From NCBI RefSeq assembly GCF_021869535.1, contig NW_026262690.1:7564001-7628000 (forward strand): 64,000 nucleotides of DNA, written 5' to 3'. This DNA is from Mytilus californianus (taxonomy: Eukaryota). Position 1 is the stretch's first letter. Every line of letters begins with the position of its first letter. The notes under the pieces are model-generated. The model saw nothing but the letters and a program-made list of their open reading frames with translations, made no database searches and was not told the DNA's origin. Made by a program: the position numbers and the translations under genes. Shown piece by piece: positions 37,051 to 48,774 of this stretch.

Positions 37051-39882
37051 AAATGAAAAACTCCTTCTTATAAAAACGCTACGTTTATCCATGAATCGAG
37101 AAATTCAGCCTTCACACGGACTAAAAATTTATTAACAATAACTAATAATTACTGAAACGATCTACTTATTCAGTTTTTAAACCCAGAAAATGAAGTCAAG
37201 AGCAACGGATATTTATCAGACGGAAACTGTGTCCCATAATACATATACAAGAAAAGAAAGATTTTTAAAGCTCTATTTCCAAATGAAATGTTTCATACAA
37301 AAACTTTTTAGCCATTCTGGTGTCCTGGTGTCTCGTATTGGGGATATTCATCGCAGAGGAGACGAAAATCATTCTTGGAATGGATTACCTATCAATGAGT
37401 GACAATATTATTGAAAAAATGAACAGATAAACCGAGTTTGTCTTGAATCAACAGAAGTCCAATTTCCTAATCATTTCAAATACTACTATTTTGTAGAATT
37501 CTAATCATTGGACAGAAAGGAAATAAAATGTCAAAGGATACAACAGCAATAACAATACATGTGAAAGAAGATGATAAACGATTGGTTAATGGTTATCAGA
37601 TTCAGGATCAGAATTATGAAAACAGTCACCATTTCTGAACATAAAAGTTACTATTTAATCTTCATACATAAAAAAATAATTATAAAAAAATCTTTTATAT
37701 TATAGTTTCGGAATTGAAGTAAATCAAAGCTGGGGCAAAAGCTAACTGCGATATATCAACAAATATACATTAAGTGGATACAAGTCATCTTCATAAGTTT
37801 TAAATCAAATTACCCCGGTATTGGTAAATAAAAAAACAGAGGCATATGATTATGTTGATCGTCATCAAAGCACTGGGTCAATACCACTGCTAGTGGAACT
37901 CCATACGATGGAGAGTATCATTTAGCTTATTGGTCAGTTCGGTCATGATTCTTAACATATTTTGTTGTCCTGATTAAACACAGGAAAGATCTCCGGACGC
38001 ACTAAGTTTATAAAGTGATGTTTTCAATTACCAAAGTTTTTGTTCGTTAATTCATTGCATTGTGTATTAGATATTACATGTGAAACATTTGGAAAAGATT
38101 CGGTTTTAAATTTTTATCATTTGTTAAATTTTGATAAGGATTTTTCCAAGCATTCGTTTATTATCAATAATTGCCTAGTTACAATCAAGTGCAGTATATA
38201 TGCGTAATATTTCACAATTGGTCCTTCATGTTCCTGTGAAAATTGTAAAAATGAATACAAAGGGTGGGTTTTCTTTTCTCATATCTTTACATACGGTGTT
38301 TGTGTTTAATGACAGTCCAGCTAGTGATGTCATTAGACGCATATGCGAAAATAAGATGTTTGCTTAATATCGGAAATAGTATCCGCGGAATGTACATACT
38401 GAACAATTATTCTTTAGGAATGAAACCATGCTAAACTCCATTAATCTCGTGAAAACGATGGCAATAAATAGTGCCTCCATAGAGACATATTATATCTGCC
38501 TGAGAAAATAGCAACGTTTATTTTGTCTATATCCCACTTAAATTGCTTATTAATCATTGTATGGTGTCAAGAGAATATGTTCAAGTCAAGCCATTATCTA
38601 AACACTATTAATCAAAATAAATCCTCGGGATAGGATGTATAAATTACCAGGAAACTATGAAACCAATTAATTGCAATACTCATAGAAGAAGACTCTATAT
38701 TAATACTGAACGAATAACAACGAGATAAAGAACAACGATCAAGAGTTGTTGACGTACTTTCTAAACTATGTTGAAGACCTTCCTATAGGTTACAATACAC
38801 CATTAGATTTTATGGGCGCAGCCATTTTATGAGCATAACATGGTATTCAGAATTAAGAGTATAGCTAATCCTGATTGGTTGATATGTGCGCCCGTTATTT
38901 TTTGTTACTAGAGACTTCGTGCATTCTGCATTATACCAAAGGCCAAATAAATTATTTTCCTTAGCCCTAACGGAACTGAGATGTCTTTTAAACGCTAGGA
39001 TGAGACACGTATTTTTAAGTGCAAAATTGGTAGGCATGGGAGATGAGTACAAATCACGCTAAGAAAAGCAACGCGAACCTATATTTTTTGGACCAAAACA
39101 TTCTGTCCTAATAACTTTTCTTTAATTCTAGCAAGATTTCGTTAAAAAAATCAACTTTCTAAAGTCTGTATCTCAAAAAAGGCTATCATGGGGAAATTAA
39201 TTGTTTATTTCAATCTTTAATCACAAAGTGATTAAAATTGTTCTAGAGTTGTCTCTCTTTGTCTGTTGTTAATTGTAATTCACAAATACCAAAATTAAAA
39301 TACTACAGACTTTCTGTATATTATACTCATTTGTGTAGAGGTTCCATCCTCTGTTTTTCATTTATAACTTTTACAACTTATACAAAAACAATCATTCTAA
39401 TTACACATACATTTTATTACACCAACTTGTATTTACATTTTCATGACTAGAATATACATTTTTACTTTGTGGCATTACTTTGGCTACAGAGTATTCTATA
39501 ATATTTTGTTGAGGCGCCAGGGTGACTACCGATTACCTATACACAATGGCTATCAGCTGACCTATGTTGACATAGTGTCATAAAACCCCTGGTAGTTAAA
39601 CACGGTTACACCACCACCTACCATGGGGAGTGACCGGGGAAAACACTTGTATTACCAATGATCCAGTTATTAGTGCTCCACCTGTTGGCAGGTGTAGGCC
39701 TCCCTTCTATAAGACGAAGTGGAGGAGGTCCCAGAGTTACCCATCTGTAGACCCCACCGTTACCACTAACCACATTTTCCAAACCTGCAAATTGTAGAAC
39801 TTGTCAGGCCCAGAGCAAGGGCCGAGTGAAATAATCCCCCAATCACTACCAGTCTCCCTGGACCGCCACATGAGAGCCCAAG

Positions 39883-40560
39883 TCAGCTACCAAATCTGAC
39901 TTGGGTTCTCACCTCCACAAAATTTTCATTATTGAAGCATTGGAAAAGTTGAAATTGTTGTGCGTAGGAAAGACTCAACCCCCCTTGTATATTATTTAAG
40001 AAAACCTGATTTCCAGATTGTGATAAATGAGTTCCATCTGTTCTGTATAAAGACACTTCACTTGCCCTAATATTCTCATGTAAAATAGCTTTACCCCCAT
40101 TTTCTATTACAAAGTTTTTGACCACTGAGTTCACTCTTTTTCTCTTCTGTTCGATTATTGCGCCCGCATTCAAGGGTGCAAAATGCCAGTATCTGCGCTG
40201 TAACATTGAAGACCATGTTATAATAACATTTTTAAATAAAGCCTGGTAACGTAGGATAGAACATTTTTCAATTAAACCCTTACCTGTCAATTCTAAATCT
40301 GTCAAATCATTAGCTCCACAGTGAATAATAATAAAATTGGGAGAAGGTAAAAATTTTCTTTTTGCATCCAGCAGGGAGTCCAAATTTTTAATCTGTAAAC
40401 CAGGTTGCCCAATCCAGTATGTTGTAACACCTTTGGACTCCAGTCCCAGGTTGGTCCTCCCATATTTCTTCGCCTCTATATTGGCCCAATGAACAAGGGA
40501 ACTCCCAACAATCCATAAAATCTTGGGACCTGTGAAAACTTGTAGCTTGTTAGCCTTTTG
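39883..40560 (-). pseudogene. SGNH/GDSL hydrolase-like ORF of the YR retroelement
   Basis: Block I KILWIVGSSLVHWA, block III IIIHCGANDL, block V DGTHLSQSG. The 3' end is probably frameshifted. Confidence 0.8.
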
Positions 40561-40563
40561 AAA

Positions 40564-41490
40564 CTAGAAAAATTGCAACCTAATATAGCGAGAATAAGCA
40601 TGCGATTTCCATCTACCTAATTTTATAATTACCTCCTCTGAGACCCCCTGCCTGGCTAGTTCCATGGCTCCCCCAATTCTAAAACTATGTGACCTAAAAT
40701 GACCTTTACTAATATGAAGAAAATGTAAAGCCTTTTCCAGTATACTGCTGAATTGGTATCTAGTTAAAGGCATACCATTATAATGAATAAACAAATCTTT
40801 ATTGTTACAGGTAGGTCGTGCCTTTAAGTATTCGTTAATGAGTCGTATCGGACAGTAGTTTTTTCTGTTCTCAGGTATCAATAAAGTAACGGACTTTCCC
40901 TTTTGGTCAGTTTTTGACCACCTTACTCTTAGCTCCAGGACTTTTTTCTTAACTAAAATATCAGAAATTGTTAAGTTGGAGCCATTTATAACAGACTTAG
41001 TTTTTGAAGTAGTGATTTCCCCTACCCTTAGCAAACCAAAGAAGGCAACTGAAAAAACTGCTGAAAATAAAGCAGCTTCATATTTATTCTTACATACTTT
41101 ATCTTAACAACCTATCATATCTGCTAACAATTGCACTGTAATTGGTGCTCTAATGTCATTACGTTTCCCTCCTTGAATTCTTTTTATTCCTTCTAATGCC
41201 TTGCCAATTATAAAGAATTTTGTAGTTTCCTGTATGCCTTGTATTTTATGATGGTATGAAACTCCTGATATATAAGATGATAAAGTACCCCCAGAAAGAC
41301 CTTGTACTGACAAAAAAGCTATAAAATTTAGCAAATCGTTGACTGGCACTGGCCAATGCTGTTTCAATGTGTAAGATGATCTAAAATTACAAAGTTTTGA
41401 CAGAGCCAAATTGTATGATTTTTGTGTATTTTTGGACACACCTTGATTGACAATATAATCCGCCACCTGACTTAAATGTTCCAGATCTGT
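40564..41490 (-). pseudogene. Tyrosine recombinase (one in-frame TAA at 41104-41106)
   Basis: N-terminal core-binding part (SKNTQKSY..TLSSYISGVSYHHK) is in frame with the catalytic part FFGLLRVGEIT..SKTDQ..HSFRIGGA..LGRWKSHAYSRYIR. Confidence 0.92.
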
Positions 41491-43490
41491 GTTGGAATTT
41501 TGGTTGGCCACTGGTCTGCTTCTGGAGCTAGGCTTCTGAACTTCCCCCACTGAGAACGAGAAAGACAATCAGCAATTTGGTTTTGTTTTGAAGGGATATA
41601 AATTGCCTTAACTGACGTATTGTTTTTTAAGTTCATTAAAACCATTTGTCCTACTCAGTGTTCTCCATTTTTCACTAAGGTAAGGTGGGTCTTTTGAAAA
41701 AATCACTTGCAACCGGTCGATTTATTTTTTTTATACTTTTCCAACCGGTTTTTTTACTGTGGGTGTTGTCACAATAAGAATGGTTAGTATTGTATTCACA
41801 TTTAATGGAATTGAATAGCAGATGGCTTTTGCAGGACACCCTCCTCCTGCCAAGATTCTGACCTATTCCTTGCTTTAGTGCTGTATTTTTAGTACACAGA
41901 ACAGTAACATCCTTCTTCTGTGACGATTAGCCATTTAAAGTCTTGTTCATATTTCTCAGCTTGGGAACAACCTCTCAATGCAATGACTATCCCTTTTATG
42001 AAGGATACTTTTCAAGAGATACAAATGAGCACATATTTATTTCATTTACAGAAACTTTTTCCAAAGAACTATACATCTATTTGGTATTATATGGTCAATA
42101 CATGTCTAAGAATTTTGTAATAATCTTGGACTTATATCTACTTTATCATTAAAAAAAAACGTACCCTCTTTTAGAAAAGTTGTTCCAAATATTACATAAC
42201 TGTACAATGTCTCATGTTTGTTGCTTATAGTTATACTATCATAAACTATTTGATTCGATTTTATAACGAGTTTTCCCCCTTTTCAGTTAAAAAATTTTAG
42301 TTTTTGTTTTTTCTTTTCTTCAACAATAAGACGACCTCTTGTCACTCATTTAAGGAATATCCCTCATTAGGGGATTGTTCCCAAACTGTTTACCTTCGCG
42401 ATCGCTCGCGTACCTTTTCCGTTGTTTTGATACTTTTTTTTTTCAATTTTAACAATTTCAATACAACTATCCGTTTTAGTTGACTTATTTTGCCTAAAGT
42501 TTTCCTTATCACCATCGTCATCTGCCTTTTTCTTCCCCCGAATAATAATAGAAAACATTGAAATTTGACGATCCGCCATTTTTGTCAATTAAAACAAATC
42601 AGCGAGGCGCGATTAGTATTCAAATTATGGTGCGGAACCGAAAAAAATCTGGATTTTGAAAAAAAAAGCTGACCACCTCCTAAAATGGAAAGGTGGTCGG
42701 CTTTCAAAAGAAGGTGGTCGGCACTCCCGGCTTAAATGCCGAATGGAAAACACTGTAATACTAAAGTCATAACTCTACTTGATTTGCTAGTTTTCATATT
42801 AATGATTTGAACAACCGCCTGATTATCAACGTGAAAAATAACTTATTTGTTATCAAAATATGATTCCCAGGACATAAGTGCTGCTAGAACTGTAAACAAC
42901 TCTAACGATGTCATATCTCTGATGATTCCAGTTTCAACCCAATGTTTTGTCCATATGCCTTGGGCCCACTTATTGAGGCCCCCATTGACATCATTTTATT
43001 AAGATAATATTCACCCTGAAATTTTATCCCTAACAAGTCAAAATCCTGCCGCTTTTACATCACACTGACTTAAACGGGCAAATGTTTTGTGTCTATTAAT
43101 CAAACATGCTGCTTCGTCCACTGAACTGTACTGCACTGAACAATGATCTTTATCAATAAAATCATTTATTGAATTATTCTCAGGATAGGATAAATGTTGA
43201 ATAAGTCTAAAATCCCCATCCTTTTTTGGCACTAGTCCCATTGGTGATACCTGAAATATGGGAAAAGGCGGGTATCTGAAAGGACCAGCAATGCGACCAA
43301 GTTTAACTTCCTTCATTAATTTTTCTTTAATAATGTTTGGTAGCTGTAATGCACTTTTTAAATTGGAACTCTCCCTTGGTTCCCTAGAGCCAAAATATTT
43401 TAATGAAAAACCATATTTGAAACCAGATATAATTTCATGTGCTACATTGTTATGTGGGTAAAATTCTAAATAATTTTCCAAGACCGATAC
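41472..43490 (-). pseudogene. DIRS-type RT/RNase H, internally deleted and interrupted by a MITE
   Basis: GRIAGPF..SPMGLVPKKDGDFRLIQHLSYP..SINDFI and DFDLLGIKF..MSMGAS, then a jump to RNase H (LELF..FHVDNQAVV..NQIADCLSRSQW). The YxDD region is missing. Confidence 0.88.
41656..42755. mobile_element. Non-autonomous hAT-like DNA transposon inserted in the RNase H region
   Basis: TIR CAGTGTTCTCCATT / AATGGAAAACACTG (1 mismatch). Removal rejoins VMTLV|GQMVL. The flanks TCCTACT and TAATACT are only an imperfect TSD. Confidence 0.6.
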
Positions 43491-43521
43491 TTTAACAGGA
43501 GTATTTCATAATGAATAAAAA

Positions 43522-44511
43522 TTAATACTTTTTGTTACTTCTTCCTTGGGCCCGGTTATTACATTGGGCCTTTCTGTGTTTACCACTGCATATTTCACAT
43601 ACATGTTTAAACCTACAACGAGGGAAGTAGGGACAGTCATTACCATTATTGTAGTATTTACATGACATATTTACACTTCCACTAGTTACCTGTGATTGTT
43701 GATGTGTTCTCGTGTTAGTGTTTGAAAGTGTAGCTGCATTTGAGTTATAATGACCAAGATTTTGTGTATTTGTTCTATAACCCTGTGATTGCACTGACAC
43801 ATTGTTTTGTACTGTGGGAGATGTGATGTGTAATAGCCAATATTCACCGTGTATGTTTCCCCAAGTTAAAGTTGGATTCTTTTCTATTTTTAGCCTAAAT
43901 TGCTCGTCATAGGTGGCCCAGTTTTCTGACCTCGTTGCCGCTAATCTTATATCGCGCATATATTTTAACAATTCCTGTGCCCGTGTCCTGTATTTCTCAA
44001 TGAAGACACTCATAAAAACCATGAATGCTGAAGTCCATTCATTTATGGACAAATAAACACCCGAAGATCTTTTTTCAATGCAAATGTTCCCCCTTTTTAA
44101 TTTCAAATCGCCCTCGTCAACCTCCTACATTTCTTTTTGCGTTCTCGAAAGATAATGAAACTCTATACACTTTCCCTCCAAAATCTTTTCCTTAATTTTA
44201 AAAGGCACGTGTTCCCCTACTGTGTCATGAATGCTAGACTTGTGTGACGGGTCGTGCCTAAAAGAGGGGAATGCCCGTGCATCCTCCTCCGACTCATTAC
44301 CTGATGATATTTCAGCATTTTCTTCTGGTCCTTGTGTCTCCACGTGTCTCACCTCCTGTGTTTTCCTGACCATTCTTTTCCGTCCAACTCCGTCCTTCTT
44401 TTGAGTGATTTCTTCGTTCCGCACTCCCTATCCTTCTTTCCTGCTGGTCGTCCTCCTCTTCTTTCCAATGGCCCTTGATTGCGATCCCCTGGCATTTATT
44501 TTGTTTGGCAT
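43522..44511 (-). pseudogene. Gag-like ORF1 of the YR retroelement (two in-frame TAG stops)
   Basis: HDTVGEHVPFKIKEKI..LSINEWTSAFMVFMSV..LLKYM..IR..WATYDEQFR, with a C-terminal CCCH/CCHC finger (CKYYNNGNDC..CRFKHVCEICSGKH..C). Confidence 0.8.
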
Positions 44512-45634
44512 CTTTTCGTTTAAATAATTCAACTAATTTCTGCAGCACCTGCTTTGTTGTCGACAGCAAATTAACAAGTGCCCGATACAGGAATTCCAAA
44601 ATTCAGATTCCACCTGAGAGCGCCATCTATGGCCATGCCAAATATGGCAATGAGCTAAAGGCTGCAACACCCACACACCCACACAAATATTTGATTGAAT
44701 TAAACCAGATTATTGAAAATATAAAATTTTGATAATATCTATTATTAATACACTTCTTAATTCAATGTCATATGTTCCGATAAATATATAGAATAAAAAA
44801 AACAGTTACACAATGAGCCTACATAAAAACCGTTTACAACCATTTGATAATCCCTTTATTTTTTTTTTGAAAAGTGAAGGAATTTTTTTATGGGGGGTAT
44901 CTATGATGAGTTATTTTAAATCTGTGCGAATTCTAGACAAAAACACATCATATGCCATGTTCAATAACTCTTGAATATATATTAATAATATTTGGAACTT
45001 TGCTAAGAAACTCCAACTCCAACTCTCTCCGGCAAATTTAATCTATAAGTTATATGAATTTTGCGATTCTTTATAGGTCTTTTGGTCATATAGCTCCAAA
45101 CATTTCTACGTATTTTATACATCCCTACCTTTTAAATGGTCGGGCATTGCGTTTCTGATGAAGGTAAATCCCGAAAAGTGCTTCGGACGCACGAAATGTA
45201 TAAAGTTTTATTTTCATTTGAGAAAATTGTCACATTTACTATCTTTTGTCAAATTTTACAAGAAATCCCTTGATATTCAGTAATGGCGGACATATAGTAT
45301 TTTTAATGAAAAAAGCGAATATGACTAACAGGTTCTGGAGACTTGTTGTAATCTACCTTGAAATTATCATATTTTTTAAGAACAAAGCGCAATTAAATTA
45401 TTATTCGAAAAAAATAAACTTAACATTAACAACGGTATCAATATACCTACAAGATATTGGGGTGCGGATAACGTTCAATCTGAAAAAGCTTTTTTTCATT
45501 TCAGCCAAAAAAAAACCTTACTATTTTGAATTTATTTTGACCAATTCATAAAAAATGCAATCATTATATGAATACAAATCTAGCTTATATATTTCTGATT
45601 GAAGATACACATATAACAATTTAAAGTATTCGTC

Positions 45635-47127
45635 TTAAAACTCTGTTTCAAATCTACCAGATTTTGTCCTGAAAGACCGAGGAAATTCAGGTAAAGCATC
45701 CCCAGAAGTCAATGATACACTTCCGTCATCGTCCTTTACTTCTTCTGTACAATACGGAAATGGTTCGGATATCATTACACCTTTTGTGTTTGGTCGTGTA
45801 TCACCGCCATAATGTGAAAAGGATGTTATGGCACCAAATCCAGTAGTGGTCGGTCTGGACATTAACCCAAAACTTAGACCTGTTATTGCTGTCATTCGCG
45901 TTATCACTCCATAGTTTCTTTGAAATTCAAAAGGAGGGGGAAGTCTCCCTGGAATGAATATTATAACACCTACAGCAATCGGCTGCTTCATGTCACGGAT
46001 TATAATTCCTCCAAGTGAAGGGTAATCAAAAAAGCATTCAACGCATATTGGACGAATAGGTTTTAAATCAACAACACCCAGTTCACCTGGACGAAGGAAT
46101 AAAGGATTTTCTTCAGCGCATTGGCCTGTTCGTCTGTCACATCTTTCCTTTATTTCTAGGAATTTGAAGGCAACCATTGACGTATGACGATGCACAATAG
46201 GGGTGTTACCCTTCTTTATTGTACCCGGATGATTTAAAATCATGATCTGAAAATATAAATATGGCTTGTCAAAAGTTAACATAACTTATGTATAATTCAT
46301 CTTGATTTATCACAGTTAACTGTCTTTTACAAAAATCTATGGATAAATGATAATCAAGTTGTCCTTCAAGTCTCCCGAGAAAAGGACAACAATTTACTTG
46401 GTAGATAATTTCCTTAGCTCATTTCCTGAAATATTTAAATTTGGAGGACTAGAAGAAATTTAATTTTTTTATATTACCTGTTATGTTAATTTGTGTGAGT
46501 AAGTATGCTTGCTTGTTACTTTGATAAAGAAGAAGGGCAAATGAATAATTTACATGTTAACCAAACGTTGACGACATGTAGATGATTACCTCAGTCATAT
46601 ATTCCCATATAAGTAACTTATTTGAGGGAGGTAATCTATAGAAGGGCATGAGCACAAAACTATTTGGCGGACGGCATGTAAAGAATCATATTGGAGATTA
46701 CCAAATAAATAACGGAGTCCAACTAAAGAGTAATATTTCTATGACCTATGCAGTGACGTTCGTAAAAATCTGTAATGATTGTCTTTCAACATAAAGCATA
46801 TGGTTTTAGCTGATGTCTGTTGTTTGTTTTTAATTATATGTACAGTTAGCTGTTAATATTCTAACACATAACCTTATAAAGGGTGTTTAAGGGTTTTTAT
46901 GACTTGTCAAGTATTATGGCGTGAGGAAGTTCCAACATAACCGATAAAGTTAAGGGAATGTACCTGAGCAGTAAACTGTGTGACAGACTGTGGAGGATCG
47001 GCACAGGTATCCCCACATACATCACCTTTTCTGATATCTTTAAGTGTATAATTCTCTATCTGTATCCCAACATTGTCACCTGGCATTGCTTCATCCATAC
47101 TTCTCTAAATACTTGCACTGCCCGTAC
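45635..47127 (-). CDS. EEF1A-like: Divergent eEF1A-like gene, 3' part only (exons 47127-46964 and 46246-45635), with a ~110-aa novel C-terminal extension
   Basis: Domain II VRAVQVFRE-MDEAMPGDNVG..KDIRKGDVCGD..DPPQSVTQFTAQ spliced (CAG|GTAC, TTTTCAG|) to domain III IMILNHPG..DRRTGQ..PICVECFFDYPSLG..RDMKQPIAVGVI. The first exon is 164 bp, one base short of frame. The G-domain exons were not found. Confidence 0.7.
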
Positions 47128-47454
47128 CTATATAAACGAAAGGATTATCCGCAAGTTAATTTGTTTCTGTTTGGTATTAAATTAATAATTAAGATCCATT
47201 TTGTTACATCTGGTGATCCGTTTATTTGGCAATCGCCATGACAGTCAGCAGTGTTTAAGAACATCCGTTGTTTGACCTGCTTGGTAAATGCGTTTTGTTA
47301 AAATATACTTTTTCACTTTTTTGGTCTTTTGGAAAATGTTGTTTGTGCTGTATTTAGACCCCTCTACCAAGAAATTTGTTTTGCATGCACACGTATAAAA
47401 ATTGCGGTTTTTATCCAACGCAATCATAGGTTTGAACGTTGTTTTCAATTTAGA

Positions 47455-47507
<53 letters not shown>

Positions 47508-47707
47508 TGCGGTTTTTATCCAACGCAATCATAGGTTTGAACGTTGTTTAGACTTGTTTATATTTTTTCGTTTGGGCTTGTATTATATTTGCCTTCGGGT
47601 TTATATGATACGTTCATCCTATTTTGACTCTTTCAAAATTTAAGAGTCTATCCTAAATTGAGGTAATTTATATGGCCTTCCAAATACCGTTTCGATTCCT
47701 AACATCA

Positions 47708-47731
47708 CTGAAGAGACATTAATTGTCGAAA
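47708..47731 (+). ncRNA. Minimal hammerhead-ribozyme-like core
   Basis: CTGAAGA-GAC-ATTAATT-GTC-GAAA with a perfect 3-bp stem II; stem III is poorly paired. Confidence 0.5.
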
Positions 47732-48134
47732 TCCGGATATGGTGTAAAAAATTTTGCACCTCATTTTTGCGGTATACCATCTTTTCCGCAAGTTTATTGT
47801 TTTCTGTTTGGTAATAAATTAATAATAAGATCTATTTTGTTACATCTTGTGATCCGTTTATTTGGCAATCGCCAATGGCAGTCAGCAGGGTTTAAGAACA
47901 TCAGTTGTTCAACCTGCTAGTCAAATGCGTTTTGTTAAAATATACTTTTTCACTCATTTTGGTCTTTTGGAAAATGTTGTTTGTGCTGTATTTAGACCCC
48001 TCTACCTAGAAATTTGTTTTGCATGCACACGTATAATAATTGCCGTTTTTATCCAACGCAATCATAGGTTTGAACGTTGTTTTCAATTTAGACTTGTATA
48101 TATGTATATATATATATATATATATAATTCGTCT

Positions 48135-48288
48135 AAATAACAGCCAAACAATGTTAGATCTGTAAATTTGCGGAAGCAAATTTTTTGTTCTTCCCTGGCC
48201 GGGATTCGATCTCATGCTACTGAGATATCGTGGCACCAAATCGCCTTGCACTATGCTCGACGCGCTAGACCACTCGACCACCCAGGCT
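48135..48288 (-). mobile_element. tRNA-derived SINE (head and body)
   Basis: A-box-like GGTCGAGTGGTCTAGCGCG and B-box-like GAGATCGAATCCC, followed by a non-tRNA body. Confidence 0.75.
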
Positions 48289-48507
48289 CGACAAAATCAA
48301 GCTTTCGGTGGCCGGGTGTTACCTTTCGTCGTCAGTTTTTATCTAGCGTCGTAACACAGTACATGATATGTAAGGCATGAAGATGGAATATTACAGATCA
48401 GCTGAATTATCTATCGTAGAGGATCTTTCAAATTAATGTAGGATGCAGTCACAAAAATAATTATATTATAAGTACGTCTGAACTAGTGACAACTCTACGA
48501 CAGATTG

Positions 48508-48694
48508 TATCCATCGGATCACCAGTAATGGTGATACAAGGCTGAAAACACATTCTGTATACATAACTGCATTATGTATACAGAATGTGTTTTCAGCCTT
48601 GCATTATGTATACAGAATGTGTTTTCAGCCTTGCATTATGTATACAGAATGTGTTTTCAGCCTTGTATCACCATCACTGGTGATCCGATGGATA
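48508..48694. repeat. Palindrome whose inner right arm (33 bp) is triplicated
   Basis: TATCCATCGGATCACCAGT.ATGGTGATACAAGGCTGAAAACACATTCTGTATACATAA is mirrored; GCATTATGTATACAGAATGTGTTTTCAGCCTT occurs three times. Confidence 0.9.
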
Positions 48695-48697
48695 AAA

Positions 48698-48731
<34 letters not shown>

Positions 48732-48750
48732 GTTTCGATTCCTAATATCA

Positions 48751-48774
48751 CTGAAGAGACATTAATTGTCGAAA
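48751..48774 (+). ncRNA. Minimal hammerhead-ribozyme-like core (second local copy)
   Basis: CTGAAGAGACATTAATTGTCGAAA; the carrying element starts immediately after a (TA)n run. Confidence 0.5.

Larger units (their letters stand above)
39510..44700 (-). mobile_element. Tyrosine-recombinase retrotransposon (DIRS order, Ngaro-like), degenerate
   Basis: Gene order gag-like, RT/RNase H, tyrosine recombinase, SGNH hydrolase, with overlapping ORF ends. Boundaries are approximate and terminal repeats were not found. Confidence 0.85.

Noticed and set aside
39510-39880. Split direct repeats or inverted terminal repeats of the YR element
   Set aside because: No match to the 5' region (44510-44700) could be found by eye, so termini are left undefined.
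45155-45176. CTGATGA..GAAA motif (degenerate copy near 33778) as a hammerhead ribozyme
   Set aside because: Stem II closing pair is mismatched and no stem III/UH cleavage site can be formed.
47245-47532. ORFs containing YIYIYI runs (also 47862-48281 and 48574-48765)
   Set aside because: Translations of (TA)n microsatellites.
48135-48288. Functional tRNA gene
   Set aside because: A/B boxes are present, but there is no convincing cloverleaf and a non-tRNA body follows; best explained as a SINE.
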